From contig MU057724.1 of the NCBI GenBank assembly GCA_013265495.1, positions 1,689,102 through 1,753,101 of the forward strand: a stretch of 64,000 bases of DNA. The letters run 5' to 3'. The DNA comes from Vicugna vicugna. Its lineage: Eukaryota. The position numbers and the translations under genes were made by a program. The notes under the pieces are model-generated. The model saw only the letters and a list, made by a program, of their open reading frames with translations. It did not search any database and was not told the origin of the DNA. This document shows positions 1 through 12,329 of this stretch, piece by piece (the stretch's first letter is position 1; each line of letters begins with the position of its first letter).

Positions 1-2284
1 GCTGGTCAGGCTTGGCGCTGGTGCCTGTCAGGGGGTTAACTGGTTACTGCCGCCTCACGCCTGGTGTACACCCGGGACCTGGGGTTTATGCGGCATTTCC
101 AAGCAGCACTCCAGGCTCCCACGGGCGAGTTTTCTTGCTTTCCAGCCCCTGAGGGCTCTTCACGCAACTTCTCTTGCGATTTAGGGTTAAATGGACATTG
201 GAAGCTCTGACTCTTCAAGGGCTGCTTTGGAGGGTGAGAAGGGCTTCCCCCCAGGAAGCCAGTTTGGTCAAAGAGCCAGAATGCTGGGCACATTCCACGT
301 GCCCTGCCTGGGAGTCGCCCTTGAGCTCCGGTTCCTCCTTTTGGCGAATGATTCAGTGGTGGGAGCACCGTAGCCCACACCCCTCCTCACCCCAGATGGT
401 CGCTCCAGCCACCGAACGCAGCCCGCACAGCGCGAGCAGCAGCCCAGCATTCCAGCTGCACGCTCCCAGAGCGGGCGGCTACCGCACGACTTCGGAGCTC
501 TTCCCTGCGCTGCGTGCTCGAGTTCACTTGTCTGTCTGCTTGCTCCTTTGTTCATTTCCTTCACGTGCAGTGACCGTCGGACGCGTCTGTCAGACGGAAG
601 ACTTTAAGGTCTTTCCACCGGGTTACAGTACTTCCATACATTGTATTGATCGTATAAAGTCCATTCCTTCTGTGTTCCACTTTCCCATTTCAACTGGCTC
701 ATTTAAGATGTCAGATCCCCTGGAAGGAACTCAGAAGCGAAGCGTCCACTGCTTTCACGCACCCGGAAGGACACTGGTGGCTCAGGTCTGCCTGCTGCGG
801 GCCGCGGGTTCAGGGTGTGATGGGAGAGACAGCCGCCAGGCTCTGCCTCTCGCTGGGCTGCAGGGTGTCTCCCCCACGTTTCCACACAGATTTCACAAGG
901 CAGGAGGAACCTGGCCTGGGCCTGTCTGACCACCTCCTAGGGGGAGAGGCGTCCCGCAGGAGCCGTTAAGAGCAAAACCTAAACCAAACCAACCACAGAA
1001 CAAGGAGGGAGGCGAGCCAGAGACACAGAGGTGACTGATGCCAGCCGTGCCATCGAGGTAATTACTGAGGGGGAAGAAGGCTCCTGCGGTGCCCGAGCTC
1101 AGAGCCGTGGACAGCCGAGGACAGCCGTGGGCAGGGTGTCCGTGGGATTCCTGCCTGGAGGCAACGGGCCACGAGTCTCTTGCAATCTGTAGAAATCTCA
1201 GAACTTCTAGCTTTTATTCTAATTCAGAGAAGACTGACCCAAAATAATGACCCAAAATTAAATAGGAAATTGGACTAGAACTTGTTGACTTGGAAATCTG
1301 TGTCTGCCCCATGTTTTCCTGAGCTCCAGACGCATATATCCTACTGTTCATTGGAAGAAAGCAAAGCCTTCATGTTTCCTTGAACCCACTTTTCTTTCTG
1401 TGAGAGACATAGAGATACATTATTGCCTTGCTCACCCGCCTGGTTATGAATTTATAGATGTATCTTTGGTGCCCAGTATAAACTAAAAATTCAATCAATA
1501 TTTACTAAACGAAGCTGATCCTGATCCTGAAAGTCCAGGCCACGCCTAATCCTTTTACATTTAGCATTTCCTAAGGACAAGAAATCAGAAGGCATTCTAA
1601 ATTTTTTTTTCTTTAAGAAAGTGCTTTTCAAACATTTTGTCCAATATTGTAAGACTCCTAAACCAATTGCAGCTCTGTCTGTTGGGGACGCCTTCACCCA
1701 GTGAAGAAAACTGCAGGCGGTGGAGGGAGGGAGGGGCAGGGCGGCCGGTGCCACTGGAGAACTTCCTGGAGAGGAGGTGGAGGGAAGACCAGGGAGCTGG
1801 GACAGTGTCTGTGCCACTGCAACCCAGGGAGGGCGCCCAGGTGACTCCTGCGTGCCTCTGCAGGGCAGGGAAGGCTGTGGCTGGGGGCGGGGTGGGGCCA
1901 CAGGGTGCCCTTGGAGGGGAAGCCGGGTCAGGCTCCTGATGCTCGGAGGGCACCTCGCCTTCAGTGGGCTCCTGCCGGGTCCCCTCCTTCTCGGCGCCCA
2001 GGCTCTGCTGCCACCCCCCACCCCGCCCTCAAGCCACCCGTCCACTCGCTGGGGCTCCCTGGGGGCCTGCGTAGCACGAGGTGCCCGAACGGGGTTGCTC
2101 AGACCCCCTCCCCCAGTCCCAGAGCTGGGACCCAGAGCCGGTGCGACTCTGTGCGCCTGCTGCTTCCTCTGCTTCTCTGCTCTGAAGTGTAAGTCCGTGG
2201 TGGCCATTTTGTGATACGTAGAAATATGGAAGCACGACGCTGTGCACCAGGAACTCACCTCGTGCCGTAGGTCATTGCACTTCA

Positions 2285-2675
2285 GAAACAAACGGACAGA
2301 CTCAGAAAAAATGACCAGGTCTGTGGTTACCAGAGGTGGGGGCAGAGGAGTTGGATGAAGGTGGTTAAAAGGTACAGACTTCCAGTACGAAGATAAAGAA
2401 GAACGAGGGGTGTTACCACAGCAGGGCTGATGTAACTGGCGCTGCCTTATGTTGCAGACGGAAGTGGCTGAGACAGTGTATCCTAAGAGTTCTCACTGCA
2501 AGGAGAAAATATGTACTTTCTTTTTCTTTTGTTTTGTATCTGAGATGTTGGGTGTTCACTAAACTTACCGTGGTCATTTCACGACACACGTAAGTCAAAT
2601 CCTTACACCGTACACCTTAAACGTGTGCAGTGCTGTATGCCAATTACATCTCAGTAAAACTGGGAGGAAAAAATG
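2285..2675 (+). mobile_element. LINE-1 3' UTR fragment (L1MA9/L1MA10-like)
   Basis: Resembles old eutherian L1 3' end: GTGGTTACCAGAGG...GGTACAGACTTCCAG...CCTAAGAGTTCTCA...TACACCTTAAAC...CAATTACATCTCAGTAAAACTGG followed by A-rich tail. Confidence 0.8.
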
Positions 2676-3059
2676 AATGAAGTGTAAGTTCTGCCTTGAG
2701 TGGTGTAATATTCAGTGTCGATCAGAGTTTTAATTAATGAAGATTGCGACATATAGAATGTAGAACTTTTCAAATACAAACAACAGAGCAAAGATTATAT
2801 TATATTGTTAATTATATCGTCCTAGCACTAGTTTCCTCTTTCTGGGGTTTGGCACTTAGTTTTCACACAATCCCTGAGACATTAGAATTTTAATAGATAC
2901 ATTGTAAATGGATTTAATATAGTAACACTCGATAACTCTGCTAGGAAACAAAGATACTTCTAAACCTGGAAGAATAAGCTGTGCAGTGTGGCTGCAAAGC
3001 CCCCTCGGGTTAGCTTCCAGCACCAGACGCTGCGGGTGGAGATTTAGCGGTGCGGTGAG

Positions 3060-3305
3060 CATGTGTGTAGGTTTGTATCTGTGCATATGTGTATATATGT
3101 ATGTACACGTGTGTATATATGTGTGTGAATGTGTGTTTATGTGTGTATATGCATGTGTATGTGTGTGCGTATATGTGTATGAATGTAAATGTTTGCATAT
3201 GTGTATATATGTGTGTGTATGTGTGTATATGCATGTGTGTGATGTATGTGTGTGTGTGCATGTGTGTGTGTGTATATATATGTGTGTGTACGTGTGTGTG
3301 TGTGA
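3060..3305. repeat. Compound (TG)n/(TA)n microsatellite
   Basis: ~245 bp of interrupted TG/TA dinucleotides; explains the V/C/Y/M-rich and H/T/I/Y-rich spurious ORFs. Confidence 0.97.
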
Positions 3306-5049
3306 GTCACCTGGAGAAAGACCAAGTTAATACAGAAAGTCGAGGAAGACTCTGCCTTTCCTCCCACCTGCACTCAGGTGTTGATGCAGGACATGTGCAG
3401 AGATGACCCCAGGAGCCTTCGTGGGACTGAGGAGGCCTCCGCAGGGCAGTTGCAGAGGAGGGGGCCCGTGGGGCCAGAGCTCAGGGGTGGAGGGCCTCTG
3501 GGCCCTGGGGGAAGAACCCTGACCTGGGGCCGGGCAGGGTGGGCGCCCAGCACAGGGCAGGGCCAGCTTGGAGCCAGGCAGCTGGGGCTCACGTGCCAGC
3601 CCTGCCCCGATAGCCGTGGGAGCCTGGCCCTGCTGGGAGATGGTTAAGCTTCATTGTCCTTGTCTGCACCCTGGGACAGTCACACTGACCTCATAGGGCA
3701 GTCAAGGGACACGTGAGGACCGCCTGGACTTGGGGAGGGTGGCACAGAGGGGAGTGAGGCTTTAGCTCAAGGCAAGTTAGGACGTCCTGACGAGAGATGG
3801 CAGCTAATCCTGGAAGTGCTAAACCTTGGTTTGGATGGTCTCCTCTTAAGGAGCTTGTACAGAAAATCCAGGACGTTCCACTTCAGACACCCCTCCTCCC
3901 CCCTCTTCCCTGTCGCTGGGGTCTCGCCCACGCTGAGTTGCCCCCCACTTTCAGACTCGGATGAATGTGGGAGTCACAGCCAGGTGGCCCGAGTGGGGAG
4001 TCAGCGCCTGGGGGAGGGAGCCCTGAACAAGGGGGAGACAGGACCCAGGGGAGCTGGGGGACCCTCCCCACCCCCGCGGCGGCCACCCCAGCAAGCTCGG
4101 TGAGACCAGGTGGCTGTGCAATGCCGCCACGTACACACAGCCCAGCCCGTCTTTGCCTCCCTGCCCTCTGCCCGCCGCACCGTCCTGGCCTTGCTCCTCC
4201 TAAACAAACTGAGGAATCTCAGCCTGGCTTCAGGCTCCACTTCCCGGGGGGAGCAGGCTGAGACGGGCGCTTTTTTCAAATCTGAGATGTGCTTTCTTTG
4301 CAAAGCTAAGCTCTGACTTTCATCTCATCAGACAGGACGTCACACAAAGAGCAGTGTCAGCTGAGTCCTCCGGGCTTTGTGTCCCTGTTCCTGGCAGCCA
4401 GTCACATTTCCACGATGCTGGGTGGTTACTGCCTAAACATTTGGGGTCAAGACACCGAAATGACCTCACTGTTCACACAACTTGTGACATTGCGACGGGG
4501 ACGCTAATCTCTTGTGGTCCAGGGCACTGATTATTCCTGAAGAACGAGTTTGTGGAGACTTTAGCTAGAAGAGGGAAAGGGTTCATGCTGAAGAAAGTCC
4601 ACAAAGGGGGTCCAGGAGGCGCCCAGGAGGTGGGAGGAGAAGCCAGGAGAAGGCGGGGTCCTCGGCTCTGGAGGAAGAGAGTTCTGGAACGGGAAAGAAG
4701 GGCAGAGCAGATGCCAAGGGGAGGGCATGGAAGATGAAGACACTGGTGTCCACTCACAAGGGACCAGGAAGCCAGTGGCCTTGACCAGACTGGGTGGTGG
4801 GCTCAGGGCTGGAGCCGGGGTGGACCTGCCGCCGTGCAGGTGAGCCAAGAGGCCAGGATACTGTGTGTGGACACAGAAGCTCAGTGGTGCCGGACGGAGG
4901 GTCAGGGATGCTTCTACGCTGATGCTGACCAACTCAGGAGCGGGCAGAGACAGTGACTCCACGGACAGAAGCCGACAGAAGCGAAGACGGGGAGGGCAGA
5001 GACCGTGGCTGGAGAGACGGCCCTTTGGTCTGAGGAAGGCGCTTGTTTT

Positions 5050-5590
5050 CTTGGGCTGGGGGACAAGGGGCCACAGGCTGGGCGGTTCAAACAGGAGAAG
5101 CTCCTTTTCTCACAGTCCTGGAGGCTGAAATCAAGATCAGGGTCACAGCGGGGTGGGGTCCCTCTGAGGCAGCGAGAGAAGGACCTCCCTGCTTGGCCCT
5201 GGTTCCTCCACCTGAGTCTTCACTCCGTCTCCCTCTGTGTGCACGTGTCTGCGCTCACGGTCCTCTTCTTGTAGGCACTCCAGTCGGGTAGGACTAGGGC
5301 CCACCCTAAAGGACTCATTTTAACTTAACTCTGCAAAGACCCTGTCTTTAAATCTAAAGACCCTGGGGGGAGGGTACAGCTCAGAGGCAGGGCACGTGCT
5401 TAGCATACACGAGGTCCTAGTTCACTCCGCAGCACCTCCATGAAAACAAAAAGACAAAAAGCAACCTAATTACCCCTCCAAATAAACAAACACACAAACA
5501 AACAAAAAAACAAACAAACAAAAAAACGCACACATGCAGAAAAGAAATTTAAACAAAAGAAAGGCCCTGTCTCCAAACATAGGCACTCAG
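5050..5590 (-). mobile_element. MLT1 (ERVL-MaLR) solo LTR interrupted by a SINE
   Basis: TTCTCACAGTCCTGGAGGCTG...AAGATCAGGGT...TAGGGCCCACCCT...CTCATTTTAACTTAA...CTGCAAAGACCCTGT...TCCAAA is the reverse complement of the MLT1 consensus as I recall it. Confidence 0.8.
5366..5559 (+). mobile_element. tRNA-Ala-derived camelid SINE (vic-1 type)
   Basis: GGGGGAGGGTACAGCTCAG...GTGCTTAGCATACACGAGGTCCT...CAGCACCTCCA, A-rich tail; flanking repeats AAAGACCCTG (5356-5365) / AAAGGCCCTG (5560-5569). Confidence 0.85.
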
Positions 5591-5649
5591 TTCGTGTGGA
5601 TTTGTCATAACAAACATACCGTGTAACTAACTTACACGGAGAACCCCCC

Positions 5650-6030
5650 AAAACCAAAGCAACAGAACAAAACAAACATAAACTCAGATACAGAGAACAG
5701 ACTGAGAGTTGCCAGAAGAGGGTGGAGTGGGAGTGAATTGGGTGAAGATGTCACAGGTACAAACTTCCAGGTACAAGAGAAGTAAGTCCTGGGGTGTCAT
5801 GTAGAGCATGGTGACTCTGCTCAACAAAGCTGTGTTGCATTTTTGAAGGTCACTAAGAGAGTAGATTTTAAAAGTTCCCGTCCCAAGAGAAAAAAATGTA
5901 ACTGTGTGGCGATGGATGTTAAGTAAACTTTCTGTGTTAATCATTTTGCAACACAGACATATATCAAATCATTATGTTGTACACTTAAAACAAATACAGT
6001 GCTTTCTGTCAATTATAGTTAATAAAAAAT
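5650..6030 (+). mobile_element. LINE-1 3' UTR fragment (L1MA9-like)
   Basis: CAGATACAGAGAACAGACTG...GGTACAAACTTCCAG...AAGAGAGTAGATTTTAAAAGTTC...ATCAAATCATTATGTTGTACAC...AATAAAAAA. Confidence 0.85.
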
Positions 6031-6799
6031 GAAGAGAAGGAAAATAAGAGTGAGGAATGTACCAGAATTAGAAGAAGGAGGTCCAATATCAAAATAATAG
6101 GGGTTTCAGATGTACTGCAACCAAAAAAAAAAAAAATGAGAGGAAATTTTTGATAGACTATCTCAAGAAAATTTTGTATCAGGAAAAATACTTCCTTCTT
6201 GATTTAAAAGTTTTACTAAATATCCAGCAAAAACAAAACAAAACAAAAAAAATGAAATGTAGATATTTTCTGTTTCCATCTATGACTTTGCCTTCCTTCC
6301 ATCCCATTTTTTTAAAAACTTGGACAAACCAGAGGTTGCCTTTATTTTTAAAATAGGCCCCCAGAAGGGTGTCCAGCAGAGTCTGTGCAGATGCATTCAG
6401 AGTGGGAGCTGTGACGGGCGGGGGGCCTGGAGGAGCCTGGTCTGGGGGTCTGAGGGGCCCACCCAGGCCTCTAGGACAGTGGGGGGCCCGGGGGGAGACA
6501 GCTGTGTGGCGCTCCTGACCTTGCTTTGCTAGAGACCCTGTCTTCCCATTTAGCTCAGAATAATTCGAGTTGCCAAACTTCTGGACTTGGACAGCGAAAA
6601 CGTCAGCACAGTCCAGTGCCCTGGAAGGTGCAGGAGGCCAAGGACCTTCATCCAGCCCTGAGGGAGGGGAAGGGACTCAAAAACATTTTTCCTTTTTGAC
6701 TTGGAGAAATTACAAACCTGTGACTTTCTTCTTTCTTATCTAGGGAGGAAAGCTCATGCTTCCTGAGAAAGAAATGTTTTATCCGCCTCATGTAACAGA

Positions 6800-7810
6800 A
6801 ATGAGAAGCGCCCGCAGCCGCACCGGAGGCCTTGACCCCACCCTGGAAACCCCGCGCGGCGGCGGGGCTGGGAGCCGAGCTGCGCGCGCGGGGAGCAGCC
6901 ACGGGCGCGTGCCGGCTCCGCGGCTGGGAGTGCGCGCCCAAGGCGCGCCGGTCCGGGCTCGGGCCGAAGCCGTTCCCTCGTGCCCGTCCCCGTCCCCGTC
7001 CCCGGGCGAAGGGGCCCTCTGGTTTCTTCTCCAAGGCACGCATCTCATTCCTGCGGGCGCCGCCCCCACGACTGTCTGGGGCCCAGGTGGGCTGCCCCCA
7101 AATGGATCTCAACGGCATATTGATTATTTTTTAATTAAAGTTACTTCAGAAATGGCCAGCGCAAGAACACTCTGTCCTCTCTGTCTCCCCGAAAGCAGGA
7201 GATAAACGTCCCAAGTGAAGGGTGTCCTCCCCGCACCTGGGGTGCCGGACCCGCCTCCCCTGAGAGGGGGCCGCAGCCGGGAAGGCTGCGGACAAGCCTC
7301 GTGACGGTTCCCGTGCTTCAGCACGTGTTACATTGATAGCAACTACGTGTACTATCAACTGATGCCTCAGGGTGCTTTTTTTTTTTACTTTTATCTATTT
7401 TGGATTATAGTCAACTTAGGACGCGGCGTTGATTTCTTGCCACAGCACAGTGATTCGTTTATACCTGGTCTACGGCAACTGAAATCTCAGGGACGCAAGT
7501 ACGCGTAGATCAGAACCGGGAAAACCGTTTGGAGCAGCTGCCCGGCGGGTGGGGAGGCGGCCCTCCTGCGCGCGCGCGGCCGCAGCCCCGGCTGCGGGGA
7601 GGCCCAGCGCTGCTCTGCGCTCCCGGGTCGCGGGGAGCCGGGCAGCCCGGCTGGTGACGGACGTGCAGCTGCTCTGGAAGGCAGGCGAAAGCGGACGGAA
7701 TGTTACCAAGCAAGCGGCCCTCCCCACCCGGAGCTCAAATAACACGCAATTACGAGAGGCTTTGAAATAACCCCGGCCCAGCTTCCACCCGTCACTCTCC
7801 GCCACGTGGT
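6800..7810. promoter_or_regulatory. CpG island (two GC/CpG-dense cores ~6800-7080 and ~7480-7720), putative promoter
   Basis: Dense CpG and GCGCGC runs, GC-box-like CCGCCC; not explained by a repeat except a small L1 tail at ~7375-7465. Confidence 0.75.
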
Positions 7811-8082
7811 AACTGCTACCGGCCACACCTTTCTGCTTCTCTGCTTCTCTCTGACCCTGGATAGATTACCCTGCACTGGGGATCAGCGTTCCCCTGTCCA
7901 GGGCACATCTCTGGGCTTCGGAGTGCTGAGTGGGGCACACTTGTCCCTCTGGACTAGAGTCGGGGTGGTTGCCTGGGGGCCGAGGGGGACGGGCTTCGAA
8001 TTCATTGACTTTCCTGTCCACCTGTAACCAGGGAGCTAAAGGTTACAACGTTTTGCGTTCATAGCCTAAGATTAGCTTTCTT

Positions 8083-8187
8083 ATTGTTGTCGTTCTTGTT
8101 TTGTTTTAGTACAGGTGCTGGGGGTTGAACCCAGGACCTTGTGCACGCTAAGTACGTGCTCTACCGCGGAGCTGTACCGCCTCCCCC
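8083..8187 (-). mobile_element. tRNA-Ala-derived camelid SINE
   Basis: Reverse complement reads GGGGGAGGCGGTACAGCTCCGCGGTAGAGCACGTACTTAGCGTGCACAAGGTCCTGGGTTCAACCCCCAGCACC plus A-rich tail. Confidence 0.85.
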
Positions 8188-9604
8188 AACCCTTAGAATG
8201 CACTTTTGTTTATTCACTCAGCAGCTGTGTCCTGAGAGCTGTCGGTGAGCAGGGGCTGCGCTCAGGCCGGAAAGGGTGAGCAAATCTCTGTGAGTGAACT
8301 TCAGCAGGAGAGAAGAGAAGGGACAGGCGTTATGTAAGCACAAAGTCCACTCGCTCTCCCCGGGGATGACGCAGCGAAGGGAACGCAGCCCCGCAAGGAG
8401 GCGGAGGGAGGCTTTACACAGGGATTGCGAGAACGCGGAGAACGTGGGGAGAGAGGGGGCTCTCCCAGTGCTGCTCTGTGCACTCCGTGTCTGCTGCATC
8501 CCAGATGGAATGATGGTAAGTGGCCGCGTGCTTCCTCCGAACACACAGCGCTTTGTATACAAAGTCTGATTAAGCGTTGCTTCATTGTAAGCATTGCAAG
8601 AAGGTTTAAAAAAAAGTCTGGTTTTCAAATTCTGAGTGAATGTACGACTTGTTTCCACTGTATCAGTTGGTTCTTCTTTATGTGAAATTTTGGTGACTTT
8701 CTCGTGCTCATAAACAAAGTTAACAGAAACATTGAAGCCACAGACTGTGGAAGCTCACGGACAGCAGACAGACGTGAAGATGGCGCTCCCCCTCCACCCC
8801 ACACAACGGCCAAACGGGCTTTAGGACCAGCAGATGCTTACGATAACGTCAAGGCTGTTTCCACATCACAGGACTGTCACATGAGCTTTTTCCAAATATA
8901 AATTCACCTCTCTGCCAAGGCACTGTGACATGATCGCTAAACAGCTTCCGTATTGAAAGTGGTGGAGACATTCAGAGAGGGAAATAAGATCACATTTTAG
9001 AAGGAAGCCCCCCGCCAAAAATAAAAAATAAAAAAATAAAGAAGGAAGCTTCCTATGCATAGGGCACATATGTGGACATGTGTATCCATGTCCCGGAGTT
9101 CTGCACGTCTGCCTGTTTCAACAAATTTAGAGACACATAAGGGGCCAGTCCCTGGCCCTTATGTGGCACTTTAGGTGATGCCTTTTACGGGGTAGTAATT
9201 TGCAGCTGGCTGTTCGCCACGTAGCTGAGGAGACGCCTCTGTTTCCATCAGGGTGAATCCCCACCAGAAACAGTCTGTCCTGGAGAACCTAAGAATGGTA
9301 GGGGTCCTCTGCCCCTGTTCTCCCCAGGAGATGATGGCTCACTCAGGTGCCCCTGGGAGCTGCTGGATGACACCATGCGACAGCTCGTCTTTCCATCACT
9401 GTGTTCCTTGCTGCAGGAAGAGCATCACACGTCTTGCTTTCCCGCACCCTGTGGACAGCCGACACACGGGCGCTGGTGGGGCCAGCAGGGCTCACTCAGC
9501 AAAGGGGACGAGTCAGCGTTATCTGTTAAGAGCAGGCGAGGACCGGGAGGTGGGCACTCTGCACATTTACCTGCCACGCCAACACTGAGAAGCCTTCGCT
9601 TTCT

Positions 9605-9810
9605 CCGTTTTTATAACAACTTTGTCATTTAGTTCATAAACCATAAACCCTTTCAGAGGGTACAGTCCAGTAGTTTTTGGTGTGTTCGCAGCTACAGCAC
9701 GTTCGCAGCATAGTCTCATTTGAGGTATTTTACAGCCCCCACCAAGGAACCCCCTTCTCACTGCCCCCTCCAGCTTCTGGCAGCCTTTCTGTCTGTAGGA
9801 ATTTACCTAT
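9605..9810 (-). mobile_element. Old LINE-1 (L1MB-like) 3' UTR fragment
   Basis: Antisense L1MB-type tail: TTTATAACAACTTT...GGGTACAGTCCAGTAGTTTTTGGTGTGTTC...CTTTCTGTCTGTAGGAATTTACCTATT. Confidence 0.6.
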
Positions 9811-9889
9811 TTGTTATTACTTTATTTTCTTGTCAATAATTATGTCTTCCTGACTGACTGATCATTTATCAATACAAGACATTCTTTCT

Positions 9890-10320
9890 CTCTACTGTAT
9901 TGGGTATGAGGGTAGCCGCTCCGTTTTCCTTTTGATCCCAGTTCTTGCACTATGTCTCTTACCCCCTTTTGCTTTCAACCCATTTGTGTTTCTGAACCTA
10001 AACAGTGTCTCTTGTAAATAGCATGGGGTTGGGTCATGACTTTTTTCATCCATTTTAGCAATCTCTGCCTTGCAGGTGGAGGGCTGAATCAGCTTCCAGT
10101 GACCGTGATTATGGATAAGGTTTATTTCTGCTATGTTGCTGTGTGTTTCCCTCACCTCTCCCACTCCTTACCCGCTTTAGCCCTCATTTACACCTTTCTT
10201 ATCTTATGTAGGTGTTTCCTATTGTACCGTTTAACTTCATTTCTTGTCTCTTTTGCTGTAATTTTGGAGTTATTTTCTTAGTAGTTGCCCTAGAGGTTAC
10301 AGTTAGCACCTTAACTTTAA
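9890..10320 (-). mobile_element. Decayed LINE-1 ORF2 endonuclease-domain fragment
   Basis: Minus-strand translation HDPTPCYLQETLFRFRNTNGLKAKGGK resembles the L1 EN motif DPTICCLQETH...RLKVKGWK. Confidence 0.8.
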
Positions 10321-10419
10321 AAATATTAATTTCCACAATATAATACAATATTTCAATAATACACTGATTTCAGTAATAACACCACAAACTGTCAATGTTA
10401 TTTGGGGTCCAATGAGACA

Positions 10420-10521
10420 CTCCTCTTGCTCCAGAAATCCCAGCGGTTTAGAGGTTCCCCCCCAGGAGCCGGGGACGAAGGCCAGGCCTCTTTTTGGGTA
10501 AAGTCAGCTCTTTACCATGCA
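10420..10521. mobile_element. MER21-like LTR fragment
   Basis: CAGAAATCCCAGCGGTTTAGAGGTTCC...CCAGGAGCCGGGGACGAAGGCCA resembles the MER21 terminus. Confidence 0.45.
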
Positions 10522-10768
10522 GTCTTTGTAACAGTGTTGAACTAGTATTATTTAATTAAATCATGAAAATTGAAATTCGTGCATGTTGGAAACATACGCA
10601 GCAAAAAACATGCACATGTCTCACATGTATGAACTGCTTATAAAAGATAAAAAAATTTATTTTCTTATTTAGAAAAATGATTTGTCAGAATGTATCAGAA
10701 AGCCTTGAAAAAAATCTTAGATTGCATCCAATGATCTCATATTGTGATTCATTCAAAGAGTGACATCA

Positions 10769-10876
10769 GAATATGAAGATGAATATACGTATGTTCCTCT
10801 ATGACTGAAGCATTGTGCTGTGCACCAGAAATTGACACAACATTGTAAACTGACTACACTTAAATAAAAGTATAAA
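10769..10876 (+). mobile_element. Severely 5'-truncated LINE-1 insertion (~108 bp) with perfect 14-bp target-site duplication
   Basis: L1 terminal sequence TGTGCTGTGCACCAGAAATTGACACAACATTGTAAACTGACTA plus A-rich tail; AAAGAGTGACATCA at 10755-10768 and 10877-10890. Confidence 0.9.
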
Positions 10877-12329
10877 AAAGAGTGACATCAAATATATTAA
10901 AAAATTAATACCAAAAAATTGAAAATAACCTAAATTGGGAAATGTTTACATTTGGAGGAATGTAATGAAGCTATGTTAATCCAGCAAATTGAGAAATGTT
11001 TTTATATAGTGTGATCTGAAAAAGTGCATAAAGTTATATATGAACAGAGCAAAATCATATTTTAGAAGGCACACTAAAACTTTTAGAGTAGTGATCTTTG
11101 ATCTGTAAAGAAGTAAATTGCTAATTTAGTTTTACTTTTCTCTGTACTTCAATTTTTCACAAGCATGAATTTATTAAAACATAAAGCATAAACATGAATT
11201 TGCATGGCGAGTTAGTTTGTGAATAGGCGTGGCTGGGGCACTGTTTAGCTTGGGCCGCCACAGAAATTTATTGGGGGCTGGGACTTCAGTATGTACATTG
11301 GTGGGGGCACAAACATTTGGTATTACTGGCAGCCAGCTGAACATTGAAAGTGACTTAAAACATAACGTATTGTGTAAAAGAGGACTTAGAGTGGACTTCC
11401 TTAATGTAGGTTCCATGAAAGACGTTTGGGAGCGTGCAGCCTTCTTGAAGTTAGGTCCAAGATTGTCTTGGCATTTGTTCTGGGGGTGGAAATAGTGCAG
11501 AACTTCCATCAGATGTTCAAAGCATATGTGACCTCAAAAAAGGTAAGAGCCACTCGAGGAGAGGAAATTTACAAGAGGAACACCAAAATGAAACTGTACA
11601 TGAGAGAAGCAAGAGTGATGCCTAGATGGGCAAACTCATCGCTGAGGGTTTTCTCAGCACAGAACAGAGACAGTGAGGCAAGAACATGGAAGGAACAGCT
11701 CTGGGGGTCGTGGGCCTGGCTTTGCGCCTCACCATTTTTGGCTAGAGTTGAGGGTGAGGTTTTAGAGCTCCTGGGGTCTGTCGCTGAGTCTGCAAGTCTA
11801 GAGTGTCGGCTGAAGCTGGCCGGGTGCTGCCAGGCACGGGGCCGGGCAGTTTACCCCATTCCCACGCGCACGGCATCCATGCAGTGCTCCCCGGCAGCAG
11901 AGCTGTGGCCCCACTTCAGGGGTGTGGAGGGTAAGTCGGAGTCCCAGAGTCTGGCACTGGGAGACCCTTGGGGACCCTGGCTTCCACTCCCCCTGAAGTG
12001 GAGCAGTTACATTACTGTCACCACGGAGCCGTTCCTGTCCTCCCACCCCCCGGTGTACTGAGACTGCTGGAAACACAAGTGGACTTCCATCCACTCTGAC
12101 ATCCTGGAAGGAGCGAATACGCCAGACACGGCTGGGACCCCGAGATGCAGGTCAGGCTGAAGGCTTGCAGGGTGGTGCTGGTCCCCCCAGGGGTTTGACT
12201 CCAAGACCAAAGGTCTGTGGACGGAGTATAGTGACTTGGTGCTGAGAGTGGAAACCTTGCAGTTGCTGGGAAGAGGACCACATGGCACCCACTTCGCAGA
12301 AACTTCTTTCCCTCTCTGTCCACTCCAGA

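Noticed and set aside
174..2291. Long ORFs 174-929 (+, 251 aa) and 1491-2291 (-, 266 aa)
   Set aside because: Non-ATG starts, low-complexity P/G/R/S composition, no recognisable domain; expected by chance in GC-rich DNA.
2986..3406. Cys/Val/Tyr- and His/Thr-rich ORFs
   Set aside because: Translations of the (TG/TA)n microsatellite.
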